Below are positions 1 through 9,634 of a stretch of DNA of 48,467 nucleotides, one piece after another. Location: IMG/VR virus record IMGVR_UViG_3300021363_000002, positions 1 through 48,467 of that record; one strand, given 5' to 3'. Positions within the stretch are counted from its first letter, which is position 1. Every line of letters begins with the position of its first letter. Source of the DNA: a virus. Below the pieces are notes generated by a model, which did not search any database, had not been told where the DNA came from, and saw nothing but the letters and a program-made list of their open reading frames with translations. Made by a program: the position numbers and the translations under genes.

Positions 1-90
1 CGGGGTCCAACCCGAGTATTCCTAGAAATAGCACCTGAGAAAGCTATTCATCATCTACTCGATGAACAACTGAAGGAGTGGCTACAATGA
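1..90 (+). CDS. 3' end of wrap-around CDS (duplicate copy of 48341..48430)
   Basis: Lies inside the duplication; stop TGA at 88..90. Confidence 0.6.
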   Translation, partial: RGPTRVFLEIAPEKAIHHLLDEQLKEWLQ

Positions 91-127
91 AAGCATACTT
101 TGGTAATACAGCTACTGTCGTAGAAGT
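1..127. repeat. Terminal 127-bp duplication, identical to 48341..48467 (contig closes on itself; unique length 48340 bp)
   Basis: Compared base by base; ORFs read straight through the junction. Confidence 0.95.
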
Positions 128-230
128 CGTTGGTTATGTTTATGATGGTACTGAGACGCTTGCCATCGTCAAGTTTAGTAATGGTGGACTCAAGTCAGTT
201 CCTCTACATAAACTGGTAGTACAAAAATGA
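87..230 (+). CDS. hypothetical protein, 47 aa (MKAYFGNTATVVEVVGYVYDG...)
   Basis: Hand-translated, below the ORF-track cutoff. ATGA overlap with the upstream stop and ATGA overlap with the polymerase start. Confidence 0.5.
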   Translation: MKAYFGNTATVVEVVGYVYDGTETLAIVKFSNGGLKSVPLHKLVVQK

Positions 231-2707
231 TCATCGAACCAACCTCATTTAAGAACACAGCCCACTTGAACGAACATATGCGTCAGAAGTGTCATGACCT
301 CAACGTTCGTTATCAGGTCGGCGGTGATGGAGATATCAATGCCCAATACGCCATTATCGGTGAGGGACCGGGCCAACAGGAAGTCAACTCCGAACTCCCA
401 TTTGTTGGTGCATCCGGAGCCCTCTTGTGGAACGGTTTACGCCCACACGGCCTTCTTCGCACCCACTTTTATAGCACTAACGTTTGTAAGCGACAGATAT
501 CAACCGTCAAGAATACAAGATATCCCGTCGCGGCGGATGAATGGGTTAAGTGGAAACATCTGCTCCAATGGGAACTTGATCAGCTGCCTAATCTACGATA
601 TATCATCTGCACTGGCAATGCTGGTCTCTCAACCCTCTTTGGAGAGACAGGTGTTTCGAAGTTCAGAGGGTCTGTATACGACTACAAGGAAGCCCGTGCA
701 CTTGTTACATACAATCCAGCAGCTCTTATACACGAGCCGAAGAACCATATAGTCTTCCTTCTAGACTTAAAGCGTTTCAATACACTACGCAATGGAGATT
801 GGATCGACTACAGTGTCAATCACATCATCAATCCTAGTTATAAAGACGCTCGCGAGTGGATCGCAGCCATGCGTAATAGTCCACGCGACGTGGCATATGA
901 CATTGAAACCATCAGTCGGGAGACTGCTTGCTTTGGTCTTGCGGATCAAGGCCATGAGGCCATGTGTATCAATGTTCGTGATCATCTTCACAACCGCTAC
1001 ACTAGAGAAGAAGAGCTACAATTGTTGTATGACCTACAGGAACTCTTCGACGCCAAACTTCTTATCACGCAGAATGGCAATTTTGACGCGCATTGGGGGG
1101 GATATAAAGACCTTCTCCATGTCCGAAATGGCTTTGATACACTTCTTGCGCATCATACCCTATACCCGGTCCTGCCGCATAATCTAGGCTTCCTTACTTC
1201 ACAATATACCACTCATCCGTTCTACAAAGACGACGCTGACGAATACCATGAAGGCGGGGACATCGACTCCTTTTGGCGATACAACTGCAAAGATGCATGT
1301 ATCACTTGGGAGATAGCACAACATCTTAAACGAGAACTAGAGGAGCAATCCCTTGACCACTTCTTCTATAGTCACGTTATGCATCTTGACCCTCATCTTG
1401 TCCGCTCCACTGTGGATGGTGTGGCTGTCGATATATCTGTTAAGTCTGAGATTGCTGCTGCAATGGCTCTGGACGTACAGAAGATCGAGGATGAGTTTCT
1501 CGAAATGGTCAGAGAAGAACTTGGCCTCGATGAAACGTACCACCCAAATATCCGATCTACACCCCAAATGCGGCATTTATTCTTGGACAGACTCAAACTT
1601 CGAAGTCCGTCTGGCTCAATTGATAAAGAGGTTAGACAAGATCTCCTAGATGATGTTCGGACTTCACAGTCTGTTAAGGACATAATCATCAAGTATGACT
1701 ACTATCAACAGGAGTATAAGTTCTACTCCACCTATGCTGAGTCAAGGGTTGATCCTGATGAACGCTTCCGTATGCAGTGGAAACAGCAAGGTGTCGTCAA
1801 GGCACCGGGTAGGCTCTCATCCTCGGGCAATCTTTGGGGCACGGCATCTAATGCACAGAACCAATCGGGTCGCTCTAAGAAGTTCTTCATCTCTGACCCC
1901 GGTACTGTGTTCATCAAGGTTGATGGAGCCCAAGCCGAGGCAAGAGTCGTGGCTTATGACGCGGATATTGACAAGTGGAAAGAAGACTTTGAGCGGGCAA
2001 GACTTAATCCCGGTTCATTTGATGCCCACTGCTCTCTCGCTTCTGATATGTATAAGATACCATATGATGAAGTCCCAACCGATGATTGGGAGTTGGATGA
2101 GCGAACGGGACTTGAGATACCAACAATCCGCTACAAGGCTAAACGGTGTCGTCATGGACTCAACTATCGAATGCAATACGTCCGTCTGGCTGCAACTGCA
2201 CACCTAACCCTCTTCGATGCGAAGAAGGCATTCATCTTCTATCACAATACAACTCCAGAGATAAAGAAGTGGTGGGAAGAACTTGAACGGCTTGCAAAGA
2301 AACATCGTGAACTATGGACGCCGCTCGGTAGGAGATATCGTATCATTCAGAGAATTGACGAAGATGCTCTCGAAAGCATTGTCGCGTTCAGACCTCAATC
2401 GACTATCGGCGATAAGGTTAAAAAGGTGTGGTATCAATCCGCAGAAGATGACGAGTGGGACAACCGTAAGATGCGTATCAAACTTAACGAGCATGATGCT
2501 CTCATTGGATATGCAACGCCGGAGAAGGCGGAGACAGCACTACGAATTATAAAACGACATATGGAGGAGCCCATCCTGATAGAGAACGTCTATAAGACGA
2601 AGGTAGAAGAATGCATAATCCCCGGTGATGTTTACTTATCACAGCCAGATGAAACTGGTATACATCGCTGGTCAACCTTGGAGAAGTTGAAAGGGTTCAC
2701 GCTATGA
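227..2707 (+). CDS. Family A DNA polymerase with N-terminal uracil-DNA-glycosylase-like domain and 3'-5' exonuclease domain
   Basis: UDG family-4-like motif GEGPGQQE..PFVGASG; exo motif DIET; polymerase motifs VDGAQAEARV (A), RYKAKRCRHGLNY (B), EHDAL (C). Confidence 0.85.
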   Translation: MIIEPTSFKNTAHLNEHMRQKCHDLNVRYQVGGDGDINAQYAIIGEGPGQQEVNSELPFVGASGALLWNGLRPHGLLRTHFYSTNVCKRQISTVKNTRYPVAADEWVKWKHLLQWELDQLPNLRYIICTGNAGLSTLFGETGVSKFRGSVYDYKEARALVTYNPAALIHEPKNHIVFLLDLKRFNTLRNGDWIDYSVNHIINPSYKDAREWIAAMRNSPRDVAYDIETISRETACFGLADQGHEAMCINVRDHLHNRYTREEELQLLYDLQELFDAKLLITQNGNFDAHWGGYKDLLHVRNGFDTLLAHHTLYPVLPHNLGFLTSQYTTHPFYKDDADEYHEGGDIDSFWRYNCKDACITWEIAQHLKRELEEQSLDHFFYSHVMHLDPHLVRSTVDGVAVDISVKSEIAAAMALDVQKIEDEFLEMVREELGLDETYHPNIRSTPQMRHLFLDRLKLRSPSGSIDKEVRQDLLDDVRTSQSVKDIIIKYDYYQQEYKFYSTYAESRVDPDERFRMQWKQQGVVKAPGRLSSSGNLWGTASNAQNQSGRSKKFFISDPGTVFIKVDGAQAEARVVAYDADIDKWKEDFERARLNPGSFDAHCSLASDMYKIPYDEVPTDDWELDERTGLEIPTIRYKAKRCRHGLNYRMQYVRLAATAHLTLFDAKKAFIFYHNTTPEIKKWWEELERLAKKHRELWTPLGRRYRIIQRIDEDALESIVAFRPQSTIGDKVKKVWYQSAEDDEWDNRKMRIKLNEHDALIGYATPEKAETALRIIKRHMEEPILIENVYKTKVEECIIPGDVYLSQPDETGIHRWSTLEKLKGFTL

Positions 2708-2925
2708 TACCCTATGCTGGCAAAGACGAGACTGAATACACAGTAAAAGGTGAGTATGGGAAACGAATATGGGAGTTCCATGATAGGAAAATCCGTAAAT
2801 ACTTCTCAACTCACCTTTGTGCAAAAGGAACAGAGTGCGCGAAAGCGCTTCATATCTCAGCGACTACAGTAAGCAAGCACGTCGTAAAGATACGAGGCGA
2901 ATGGGTAGAGTGGAGATTACTATGA
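2704..2925 (+). CDS. small putative helix-turn-helix DNA-binding protein
   Basis: TECAKALHISATTVSKHVVKI looks like an HTH; ATGA coupling to the polymerase stop. Confidence 0.4.
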   Translation: MIPYAGKDETEYTVKGEYGKRIWEFHDRKIRKYFSTHLCAKGTECAKALHISATTVSKHVVKIRGEWVEWRLL

Positions 2926-3131
2926 TGCACATAACAGATAAACAAAAGAAGATGCTTGGAGTAGTACTCAAGTATGGGCGTATAAACATCGGCTTGGCAG
3001 AGATGATCGATGATGACTTTAATGAACTGGTCCATAATGATCTGCTTCTTATTCGTAAGTCATATGATACTGTCGAGGTAACAATCATGCCTATCAAGTT
3101 GAACGATGTTAAGGACATGATCAATGTCTAG
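2922..3131 (+). CDS. hypothetical protein, 69 aa (possible winged-helix)
   Basis: In-frame ATG at 2922 overlaps the upstream stop (ATGA). The longer track ORF from 2817 would overlap the previous gene. Confidence 0.45.
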   Translation: MMHITDKQKKMLGVVLKYGRINIGLAEMIDDDFNELVHNDLLLIRKSYDTVEVTIMPIKLNDVKDMINV

Positions 3132-3339
3132 AGAAGTTCGTATGTGTGACGTGGAGATTAAAATCCACCATGAAAGCCTTGATGCTTTCTACGTAACCAA
3201 TGATGTATGCACAGAGAAGACATGGATACCCAAGAGAATACGCAGAGATGAAGAGGAGTATCCAGTTGACGAAGGGGATAAAGGATGGGCAGTGATCACT
3301 GTCCCTGAATGGTGGGCGGCAGATAAAGGATTAGTCTAA
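3124..3339 (+). CDS. hypothetical protein
   Basis: Track ORF tightly packed in a same-strand operon. Confidence 0.5.
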   Translation: MSREVRMCDVEIKIHHESLDAFYVTNDVCTEKTWIPKRIRRDEEEYPVDEGDKGWAVITVPEWWAADKGLV

Positions 3340-3635
3340 TGCGTTGGTTTCTTGTTCTTACACTACTCGCAACTACAACTTCTGTAGCTGCACACGATGC
3401 CCCCCTAGGATGGGCATATGATGGTGCTTGTTGCTCTGGCTATGACTGTTCACAGTCTATCGCAGGAGCTGTTTTGGAAACTAAAGGTGGCTATGTGATA
3501 AATAAGACACAAGAACTTATACCGTATGGTGACAAGCGCATCAGGCGGTCTCATGATGAGTTCTTCCATCAGTGTGTAATGAATAGCAATCCAAAGCATT
3601 CCCTCTGTTTATACGTGCCAGATAGAGGCTTCTGA
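3339..3635 (+). CDS. secreted Cys-rich protein
   Basis: Signal peptide MRWFLVLTLLATTTSVAA; WAYDGACCSGYDC motif; TAATG overlap. Confidence 0.55.
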   Translation: MRWFLVLTLLATTTSVAAHDAPLGWAYDGACCSGYDCSQSIAGAVLETKGGYVINKTQELIPYGDKRIRRSHDEFFHQCVMNSNPKHSLCLYVPDRGF

Positions 3636-4255
3636 TGAAGCAAGCATGGTTCTGCTATGTCCTGATACACGGCTATATACCTGCACCACGAATATATTAT
3701 GACATTCTACCACTCGACAAGTATATAGACCGTGTACAGTTGACAAACGTCTCTGATTTGGCAGAGAGAACTCCTAAGCACTTCACGCTTGATCTACTCG
3801 CTGCCATGTATCCTTACATACCGCCCTTGAAAGAGGAGAGTTCTGATGCTACAATTGCTACAAAGGAGAAACAAATGACCCGCCCTGTCACAGGGTTTCA
3901 GACTTCGCAAGGGAACTTCTTCGAAACTGAAGCCGAAGCGAACCTCTTTGAAGCGTCTTACGAACTACACGAAGCAACTACAACTGCTGTACATAACTTT
4001 GAACCGAGACCTGCTGATGACCAATCATTCGAGGACAGCCTTGTCGAAGGTATTAAAGCATTCATCGCAAGTCATGAAAGGATTATCCGAAAGTACCTCG
4101 ACGCCCGTGCAACTCTCACACCAAAGGGATTGTCAGATACTGTTTCGGTGGATGGACCGCCAGCCAAAGCTGATCCGTCTAATGATCCATCAGTACGAAG
4201 CAAAGATAATCCACGATTGGATGAGAAGGCCACTACCAAAGGAAAGCCTACGTGA
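3635..4255 (+). CDS. hypothetical protein
   Basis: Track ORF; TGATG overlap with the upstream gene. Confidence 0.55.
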   Translation: MKQAWFCYVLIHGYIPAPRIYYDILPLDKYIDRVQLTNVSDLAERTPKHFTLDLLAAMYPYIPPLKEESSDATIATKEKQMTRPVTGFQTSQGNFFETEAEANLFEASYELHEATTTAVHNFEPRPADDQSFEDSLVEGIKAFIASHERIIRKYLDARATLTPKGLSDTVSVDGPPAKADPSNDPSVRSKDNPRLDEKATTKGKPT

Positions 4256-4551
4256 CCTCGAACGATCAATCCGAAAAGACGGAACTTCGCCGGTTGTTGA
4301 CGGGTACGAGGCTACCCAATAATCATCACCATGTCCAACACGCCTTAGACTTCCCTGATGTAACATACAAGTTCATGCCGAATAGCAGGCGTGTCTTCGT
4401 ATATGACAACCGTGCTATCTACCATGGCCAGATGCCTCTTGGCCGTGTCATCAATGGTGAACTGTTTGTTAAAGGCAAGCCCGTCTTTAAAGGAACAATG
4501 AAACAGATATTAAGCTACTGCTGCGATCATCTGTTGGAGAAAAAGAGATGA
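4252..4551 (+). CDS. hypothetical protein (GTG start; could start later at about 4375)
   Basis: Track ORF; GTGA overlap with the upstream stop. Confidence 0.45.
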   Translation: MTSNDQSEKTELRRLLTGTRLPNNHHHVQHALDFPDVTYKFMPNSRRVFVYDNRAIYHGQMPLGRVINGELFVKGKPVFKGTMKQILSYCCDHLLEKKR

Positions 4552-4976
4552 ACCAAGTCATTTACAAGCCCCGTATATCCGTCGATTTCGACGGCGTGAT
4601 CTACAACCGCCCCAAGACTGAACGAGGCAACTTAGTTTACAGTGCTGCCCCTAATCCCGGTGCAATGAACTTCATCCGCCATGCTGTATCAGCATTTGAA
4701 GTTGTCATCTGCTCATCTCGCTTTGCTGGTTCTGATGGTGAAGCGAGTCAAGCCCTCTGTGAAGTATGGTTTGAGAAGCAACTTCGTGAGGAGCGCCGCC
4801 TTCAAGTCCTTCGTAAGAAGCCCCCATTCGATGTCAATACAGTCATGTCTAGACTAACCTTCACAGCTACAAAACCTGTAGCTAGAGTATACATTGACGA
4901 TCGTTCCTTTCTTTTCACTGGCGAGTGGCCAACTATACCTCAACTCCTAGCATTTCGTACATGGAAAGGACTATGA
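4548..4976 (+). CDS. HAD-superfamily phosphatase/nucleotidase-like protein
   Basis: HAD motif I SVDFDGVIY and a late YIDDR motif; ATGA coupling. Confidence 0.5.
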   Translation: MNQVIYKPRISVDFDGVIYNRPKTERGNLVYSAAPNPGAMNFIRHAVSAFEVVICSSRFAGSDGEASQALCEVWFEKQLREERRLQVLRKKPPFDVNTVMSRLTFTATKPVARVYIDDRSFLFTGEWPTIPQLLAFRTWKGL

Positions 4977-5197
4977 TGAAACCTACACTAAGTGATGAAT
5001 TCTGGGCGTATCTCGCTGAGAAGGCTATGAGCCATCGTCAGTTCCCAGCTGGTGATGAACAGATAAACCAAGGCAAGACAGACAACAGTCGTCACCAGAT
5101 GGAGACAGACCTGACGATGGATAAGCTGCCTCACACTGATAAGAAGCGATCCACCATCGATGAAATCCTTGCTAAAATCCTAGGAACTCGCAAATGA
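4973..5197 (+). CDS. hypothetical protein, 74 aa
   Basis: In-frame ATG at 4973 gives an ATGA overlap with the upstream stop. Confidence 0.5.
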   Translation: MMKPTLSDEFWAYLAEKAMSHRQFPAGDEQINQGKTDNSRHQMETDLTMDKLPHTDKKRSTIDEILAKILGTRK

Positions 5198-5508
5198 AGT
5201 ATGCCAATCACGGACAGTATCTCTCAAAGCTGCGACATGTACTCCTCTCTGCGGGTACACAAGGCTTGTCACAACATATGCTTAACCAATTAACTCGTAC
5301 CAAGATATTCCAGACAGACGATATGATGGAAGCTCTCAATGAATGGGAGAACCGTTATTGGGTACAGTCATTCAAGGTAAAGGGGCTCAGCAAACATCCT
5401 AAGACTATGTGGCGTGCTACTACGAAGCTGCGTGACGAATGGTCATCGTTAGTCATCGATGGTGAGCTACCGACTATTGCTGAACCCCATGAGGTGCCTG
5501 ATTTGTGA
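5194..5508 (+). CDS. hypothetical protein (last gene of the plus arm)
   Basis: Track ORF; ATGA coupling. Its 3' end overlaps the convergent gene by 35 bp. Confidence 0.55.
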   Translation: MKYANHGQYLSKLRHVLLSAGTQGLSQHMLNQLTRTKIFQTDDMMEALNEWENRYWVQSFKVKGLSKHPKTMWRATTKLRDEWSSLVIDGELPTIAEPHEVPDL

Positions 5509-8500
5509 GGTGTTTGGTAATATCAAACTTAAAGCCGGGAGGTACCTCTCTATTCTTTATTAGCTGCTCTGTTACATGGCTCTCTACACGAGCAATCAGC
5601 TTTAGTTGCTGCTTGATCATCTCAATTCTTTCTCTTTCTAGCACGGCGATTAGTTTCATAACATCGCCACGCTTGCCCATATCAAGGTTCATGCTCTTGT
5701 ACAGACGTTCAACCTTAGCAGCCTCGCCAATGCTGTTGTTTATATTACTAGCCTGCGTCTTCCATACCTTCTTGTTAGTCGCCTTCTCTACTGGACCTAG
5801 CTCCTCAATAGCCTTCTTGTACTTTGCATCTGAGCCTACAATATCTGCTTGCCAGTCACGGAAGCCTTGCTTTCTGCCTGACGTGTAGGCTCTTAAACTC
5901 TTCACCTGTTTACTGAACAGGCTATCTCTAGCCAACAGACCAGTCATACCGATCTCGTTGGTTTCCAAGAAGCTATGTATCATCGGTCCATACTTCATGA
6001 TGATAGGATTGCTAGTAGGGATAGTCACTGGATTAGGACTCATCCTATACTTGCTCATCAAGTCGGTATCTGTGACTATATTACCACCGGGGTTATCCTT
6101 CGAGGCACCCGTGTTTGGTAGAGCCGTCTCCCTGAACTGCTCCTGTTTGGCAATCTGATTGCTGTATATCTCCTCGAACTTCTTCAGCGCATCTATCTTC
6201 GTGTTCTTCAACTGTGACAGCGGAGTGAAGTTTGATACAGGTGTTGTAGTTGCCGCCTTCAGTATCGGGGTACCCTTCAAAACCTGCTGACCGAACTCCT
6301 CGAAGAATGCTTTTGGTCCACCGTCATAGAATGCAGCAGCAGTCTGTAGAGCGGTAGTACCAACGCTAGCGAAGATGGCACGGAACACCATCTCCATGTT
6401 CTGTGGAAGCAGGCCAATGTTATCCTCTGATACCGTATATACCTCGTCCTGCCAGTTCTGTGGTGACAGCAAACTATCCGGTGCCTTTATACCAGCTACA
6501 GCCGCACCCAATGTCACGATCTGAGGAAAGCCCACCATCGCAGTGTTCTCTAAGTTCTGCCCTGCGATATGCATCATTGCGGCTTTGGTATCCTCACCAC
6601 TATCACCACGTAGCATACTGTACAAGCCAGTCGTGAACGGACTATTGAACATAGTCAGTTCTAACGGCATGGGTATCTGTATACCCTGTTCCGGTGGTAG
6701 TCCCGGCATACCAAAGTACATGTTTGTACTGATGTCTCTACTGCTACGTGTCTCGAATGCATGGCGGTTATACTCCTCACCAAGCATCTCATTCCAACCA
6801 ATGCTAATAAGTCCCGGTAGCCCGACAGCAGTCCAAGCTCTAATGTTTGCACCAAGCGGGTCATCTATGAATGCCTTCCCCATCTTTCGCATGGACTGCA
6901 CCATGGGATTGAAGTATGGAGTAGCCTCACGTGTGAACTCTAATGGCCGACCAAGGACACCAGCAAGAGTAGCCATGCCTTTATTCGATGCATCGGCTTG
7001 TATCCTCTTGCCGCTAGGAGCATATACACGACCACTGCGCATTGTGTCGCCAGTCAACTCTCTGGCATTACGTGCAGCCTCAGCCGGGTCCATACCAGCC
7101 CGAGTATTCCGTATGAATGAACTGAACCTCGGCGCCTCAGAGATAGCATCGAAGACGTTACCCAACCCATGTAGCATAGCCTTGACGTTCCGACCAAGGA
7201 ACCTTGCACCGGGTATCTGTCCGCCTGAGGCATCAATAGATTTCATTACCTCTCGCATCACACCCTTGCCAGACTGGATGCTACCCTTCATGAGAGATGC
7301 GTCTGTTCCACCTTGAGTGTTAGCAAGATGATAATAACTATTCATATAGCTGTGACTCATCTGCTGAGCCAACTGATCCCTTGACTGCTGTGGCAGGAAG
7401 GGGATTGTCTTCATGTTGTTCTGAAGAGCTTCGATCATTGCTAGCTGTGTCTTGGCCCACACGGTTTTGCTAGCCGCAGCTACAACACTTGTAGGGCCAC
7501 CGGGACCAAGCACTCCCGGCTCTTTCATGACAAATCCACCAATGCTGTCTCTGATAGCCGTAGTAACAGCAAACGGGCCAGACAACAATGTAGCAGGACC
7601 AGTCATGAACTGCTCAGCACCACGCTTCACAAAGAATGTGACAGGGAACTTCGCAATGTATGGGTCGAACCGTAATAGGTTAGCTTGCAACTTAGAAGTA
7701 AGATAACTCTTCCGCTTGCCATTCTCATAGATGGTGATGACGCGATCGGGATACTTCATCATATCGTCGCCAGTTGCGGGGCGTATCGTTTCACTACCGA
7801 TCTCGCTGTTCTTCACACCCTTGACGAACGCACCACGAACGTCATGCTCTAGTTTGGACTTCAGCGTATTCCGAGTATAGTCAGTGAGCATCTCGATGGC
7901 GTTAGGTTGACCATCCATGTTCTCGGCTATATCTTCTGGCTTTTGTCTATACCAGTTATCTATAGCCTTCTGATCAGTAGGGGCAGCGGCATCCTTTATC
8001 CTCTTGATGATGCCATCAGCAGGATTAACAGTCAACGTATCGGGTGGTACAAAGTTTGTCCCGTGTGTATTCTGATGCAGCAGGCTCTGCTGCGATATCA
8101 TAGCATTGTCACCAGTGGCAAGGAAGTTTCTCGTCGCCGCAGTGATATGCTTATATGCAGCGGAGAACTCCTTAACTACAGGAGTCCTCTGTTCTATCAT
8201 ATAGATGTTCTGATTAACCTGTCTCAACTTAGCTGGAGCATCAGGTGCTGGCTTACCCCTTGGACGCCGACTAGCAAGTATCCTTTGCTGTAGCAGATCA
8301 GCATAGTTCTTGTGCTTGAGATACATATCTACGTCAGCTTGCATAGCTGGTGGTAAACGAGCATTCTCTTGGAACAGTTGATTAGGCGTGATATCAACCT
8401 TCCAGACACCAGCCTTAGTAGCTAGTTGACCAGTTCTCATGCTCTCGTTGACACGCATCAAGGCAGTCATCTGACTATCCTGATCGATCATCTTCGCTAC

Positions 8501-9634
8501 GCTATCAAAGTCACCCGTCCCTGCTCGTTTATATAAGTCCTGCAATACCTGTTTCTCATCAACGAAGTAGGTCTTCGTTAGATCGCTGGCTCGTTCCAAC
8601 GTCTTCAGGCCGGGAGGGCCATACATGTCTATATCAGTGATGTTAACTGCTGGCCTGTCTCTATAGGCACCACTCATTCTTATTGCCTTAGACACGGCAG
8701 GCACAACAATACCAGCACCAGCTAGAGCAGCCATACCCATACCGACCCACTTGGCCGCTTCAGGGAATGCCTTATCCTCCTTTGGATTAGTCAGCCCTGC
8801 CTGATCAAACACAGTCTTATACTGCGTATCCGCTGTATCTGTTATCTCTCTTAGTACTTGATCAGCTACAGCAGCTGTAGCGAAGTTGGCAAGTATCCTC
8901 TTCGGACCACTACCTATCACCAATGGTGTGACTATCTCAGCAAGGTTCTTGATAACCCCTGTTGGATTGGTCGTACCGGGTATAGGAGTTACGCTGGCAA
9001 CAAGACCTGCAAGGCTTTCCGTGACGTTCCTCGGGTCGCTGATGCCGACCGCTTGGCGTACCCCTTGTCGTATATGCTCTGCAGCGAGGAGTGTTGCATC
9101 TGCGCCAAGATTAGCGCCTGTTGCCAATTCTCCGCCTTTAGCCAGTAATCCAGCAAGGCCGATTGGACCGCTAGTGGGAAGCTCTGCCGCACCGCCAACG
9201 ACATTTCCGGCGTCACGGAGCAGGTCTTTAGAAGCATCTCCGAGACTGAGCATTCCACCCTGATCAATCCTCTTGCGACTTGCGACTTCCTCCGGTGCTC
9301 CCGGATTGACCGTGTTTGCGCTAGGGTTTTCGATAATGGCTGCAAGGTCCTCATCGCTGAAACTCTCCATTCTGTTGGGAGTGAGTATGCGATCGCCTCG
9401 GTTAGCTTCATCGATTAGTTGTTGCTTCTCGTTTGCGTTCTCAATAGTCGGCTGTTGTGATGTGTCAGCTACAGGTGTTGTAGCTACAGGTTTCTTGATG
9501 ATATCAGTAGTTGCTGCTCTCGCTGGCGTAGTACCAATGATAGACTGCATGATTTCAGCCTGCCGACGTTCCCGTTCAGCAGGGTCTTTGATAGTAGCGA
9601 GTTCAGCCAGTAAGGCTCTAATATCTTTTACCAT
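5474..9634 (-). CDS. large internal virion / DNA-ejection protein (gp16-like by size and position)
   Basis: 1386 aa, last gene of the late operon, following a run of Gly/Asn/Gln-rich virion-type proteins. Confidence 0.4.
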   Translation of the reverse strand: MVKDIRALLAELATIKDPAERERRQAEIMQSIIGTTPARAATTDIIKKPVATTPVADTSQQPTIENANEKQQLIDEANRGDRILTPNRMESFSDEDLAAIIENPSANTVNPGAPEEVASRKRIDQGGMLSLGDASKDLLRDAGNVVGGAAELPTSGPIGLAGLLAKGGELATGANLGADATLLAAEHIRQGVRQAVGISDPRNVTESLAGLVASVTPIPGTTNPTGVIKNLAEIVTPLVIGSGPKRILANFATAAVADQVLREITDTADTQYKTVFDQAGLTNPKEDKAFPEAAKWVGMGMAALAGAGIVVPAVSKAIRMSGAYRDRPAVNITDIDMYGPPGLKTLERASDLTKTYFVDEKQVLQDLYKRAGTGDFDSVAKMIDQDSQMTALMRVNESMRTGQLATKAGVWKVDITPNQLFQENARLPPAMQADVDMYLKHKNYADLLQQRILASRRPRGKPAPDAPAKLRQVNQNIYMIEQRTPVVKEFSAAYKHITAATRNFLATGDNAMISQQSLLHQNTHGTNFVPPDTLTVNPADGIIKRIKDAAAPTDQKAIDNWYRQKPEDIAENMDGQPNAIEMLTDYTRNTLKSKLEHDVRGAFVKGVKNSEIGSETIRPATGDDMMKYPDRVITIYENGKRKSYLTSKLQANLLRFDPYIAKFPVTFFVKRGAEQFMTGPATLLSGPFAVTTAIRDSIGGFVMKEPGVLGPGGPTSVVAAASKTVWAKTQLAMIEALQNNMKTIPFLPQQSRDQLAQQMSHSYMNSYYHLANTQGGTDASLMKGSIQSGKGVMREVMKSIDASGGQIPGARFLGRNVKAMLHGLGNVFDAISEAPRFSSFIRNTRAGMDPAEAARNARELTGDTMRSGRVYAPSGKRIQADASNKGMATLAGVLGRPLEFTREATPYFNPMVQSMRKMGKAFIDDPLGANIRAWTAVGLPGLISIGWNEMLGEEYNRHAFETRSSRDISTNMYFGMPGLPPEQGIQIPMPLELTMFNSPFTTGLYSMLRGDSGEDTKAAMMHIAGQNLENTAMVGFPQIVTLGAAVAGIKAPDSLLSPQNWQDEVYTVSEDNIGLLPQNMEMVFRAIFASVGTTALQTAAAFYDGGPKAFFEEFGQQVLKGTPILKAATTTPVSNFTPLSQLKNTKIDALKKFEEIYSNQIAKQEQFRETALPNTGASKDNPGGNIVTDTDLMSKYRMSPNPVTIPTSNPIIMKYGPMIHSFLETNEIGMTGLLARDSLFSKQVKSLRAYTSGRKQGFRDWQADIVGSDAKYKKAIEELGPVEKATNKKVWKTQASNINNSIGEAAKVERLYKSMNLDMGKRGDVMKLIAVLERERIEMIKQQLKLIARVESHVTEQLIKNREVPPGFKFDITKHLTNQAPHGVQQ

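Noticed and set aside
1-127. The terminal duplication as genuine T7-like direct terminal repeats
   Set aside because: The length equals a typical assembler k-mer. The repeat lies inside coding sequence rather than in a non-coding end region. It is therefore judged to be circular assembly closure.
6543-7316. Long antisense ORFs inside large genes (for example 6543..7316 +, 20552..21199 +, 26080..26766 +, 46651..47199 -, 44955..45422 -)
   Set aside because: These are shadow ORFs opposite well-supported genes. They have no RBS, low-complexity or Ser/Leu/Arg-rich translations, and would break the operon structure.
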